From: an uncultured bacterium
Lineage (GTDB): Bacteria > Krumholzibacteriota > Krumholzibacteriia > Krumholzibacteriales > Krumholzibacteriaceae
Assembly (NCBI GenBank): GCA_963813815.1
Contig: CAWFAD010000004.1
Coordinates: 1 to 16,019 of the forward strand
Length of the DNA stretch: 16,019 bases
Direction: 5' to 3'
The translations under genes and the position numbers were made by a program. Positions 15,392 through 16,019 of this stretch are shown here, piece after piece (positions within the stretch are counted from its first letter, which is position 1; every line of letters starts with the position of its first letter). The notes beneath the pieces were generated by a model. That model was not told where the DNA came from, did not search any database, and was given only the letters and a program-made list of their open reading frames with translations.

Positions 15392-16019
15392 ATGGCGGGA
15401 ACGGACTCCATTCGCATCGCCTGCAGGGTCGTCGGCGCAATCGACACGAACTGCTGGATACTCTCGTGCGCGGCGACGCGGAAGGCGATCGTCGTCGACC
15501 CGGGAGGCGATCCCGACGTCATCGAGGCCTTCATCGAGGAGACCCGCCTCGAGCCCGTCGCGATCGTGAGCACGCACGGACACAGCGACCACATCGCCTC
15601 AGTCGCGCCGCTCGTCGAGCGCTACGGCGTACCGTTCGCCGTTCACGGCGACGACCTCGGCATCATCAAGCTCTCGGTGCGCGACGCGCCCCTCTGGGGC
15701 CTCGGACGCATCGAGGAGCCGAGGGTGGACCGGGTGCTCGCGGCCGGGGACGAGATCGTCTTCGGCGAGGCGCGCGGCAAGGTCCTCCATACGCCCGGCC
15801 ACACGCCGGGGGGCATCTCGATCGCGTTCGACGGGTTCGTCGTCGTCGGCGATACGCTCTTCAACCGATCGATCGGGCGGACCGATTTCGAGGGCGGGGA
15901 TATCGACGCGCTTCTCGTCTCGATACGGCGGGAGCTCATGACGCTTCCCGACGACACGATCGTCCTCTGCGGGCACGGCCCCCGCACGACGATCGGCGAG
16001 GAGCGGCGGGAGAATCCGT
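15392..16019 (+). CDS. MBL-fold metallo-hydrolase (glyoxalase II/GloC-like), 3' end beyond the window
   Basis: Not in the ORF track; translated by hand from ATG 15392: TNCWIL, VVDPGG, THGHSDH, HTPGHTPGG, GDTLF..SIGRTD, GHGPRTTIGEERRENP. Confidence 0.92.
   Translation, partial: MAGTDSIRIACRVVGAIDTNCWILSCAATRKAIVVDPGGDPDVIEAFIEETRLEPVAIVSTHGHSDHIASVAPLVERYGVPFAVHGDDLGIIKLSVRDAPLWGLGRIEEPRVDRVLAAGDEIVFGEARGKVLHTPGHTPGGISIAFDGFVVVGDTLFNRSIGRTDFEGGDIDALLVSIRRELMTLPDDTIVLCGHGPRTTIGEERRENP

Noticed and set aside
1..16019. Frequent TCGA and CGATCG words, including a few GCGATCGC (HIP1-like)
   Set aside because: Explained by codon pairs such as ATC-GAG, CTC-GAG and GTC-GAC in a GC-rich genome. I could not compute enrichment, and there is no regular spacing suggesting a repeat array or CRISPR.

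Overview
GC-rich bacterial chromosomal window made up mostly of housekeeping genes, with no mobile element, CRISPR array, tRNA or rRNA visible. An outer-membrane beta-barrel gene indicates a diderm host. The gene style suggests an FCB-associated candidate lineage such as Krumholzibacteriota or Latescibacterota, but that is inference only. The minus strand, read right to left, carries: LMW protein phosphatase, ilvE, rpiB, glyA, dCMP-deaminase-like gene, nrdR, an exported hypothetical protein, tatC, a long-chain polyprenyl synthase, an AmmeMemoRadiSam radical SAM enzyme, rsfS, argS, a PfkB kinase, a GT-B glycosyltransferase, and the 5' end of a secreted protein missing from the ORF track. The plus strand carries a cupin, then a probable operon of outer-membrane beta-barrel, archaeal-type geranylgeranyl reductase, ferredoxin and a truncated MBL-fold hydrolase. 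Six sigma70-like promoters can be read directly. The points most worth checking are the reductase-ferredoxin-barrel module, an ArgRS with no histidine in its HIGH motif, an SD-sequestering hairpin with pyrC-like geometry ahead of deaminase-nrdR, and two possible CTG starts in CTGA overlaps.
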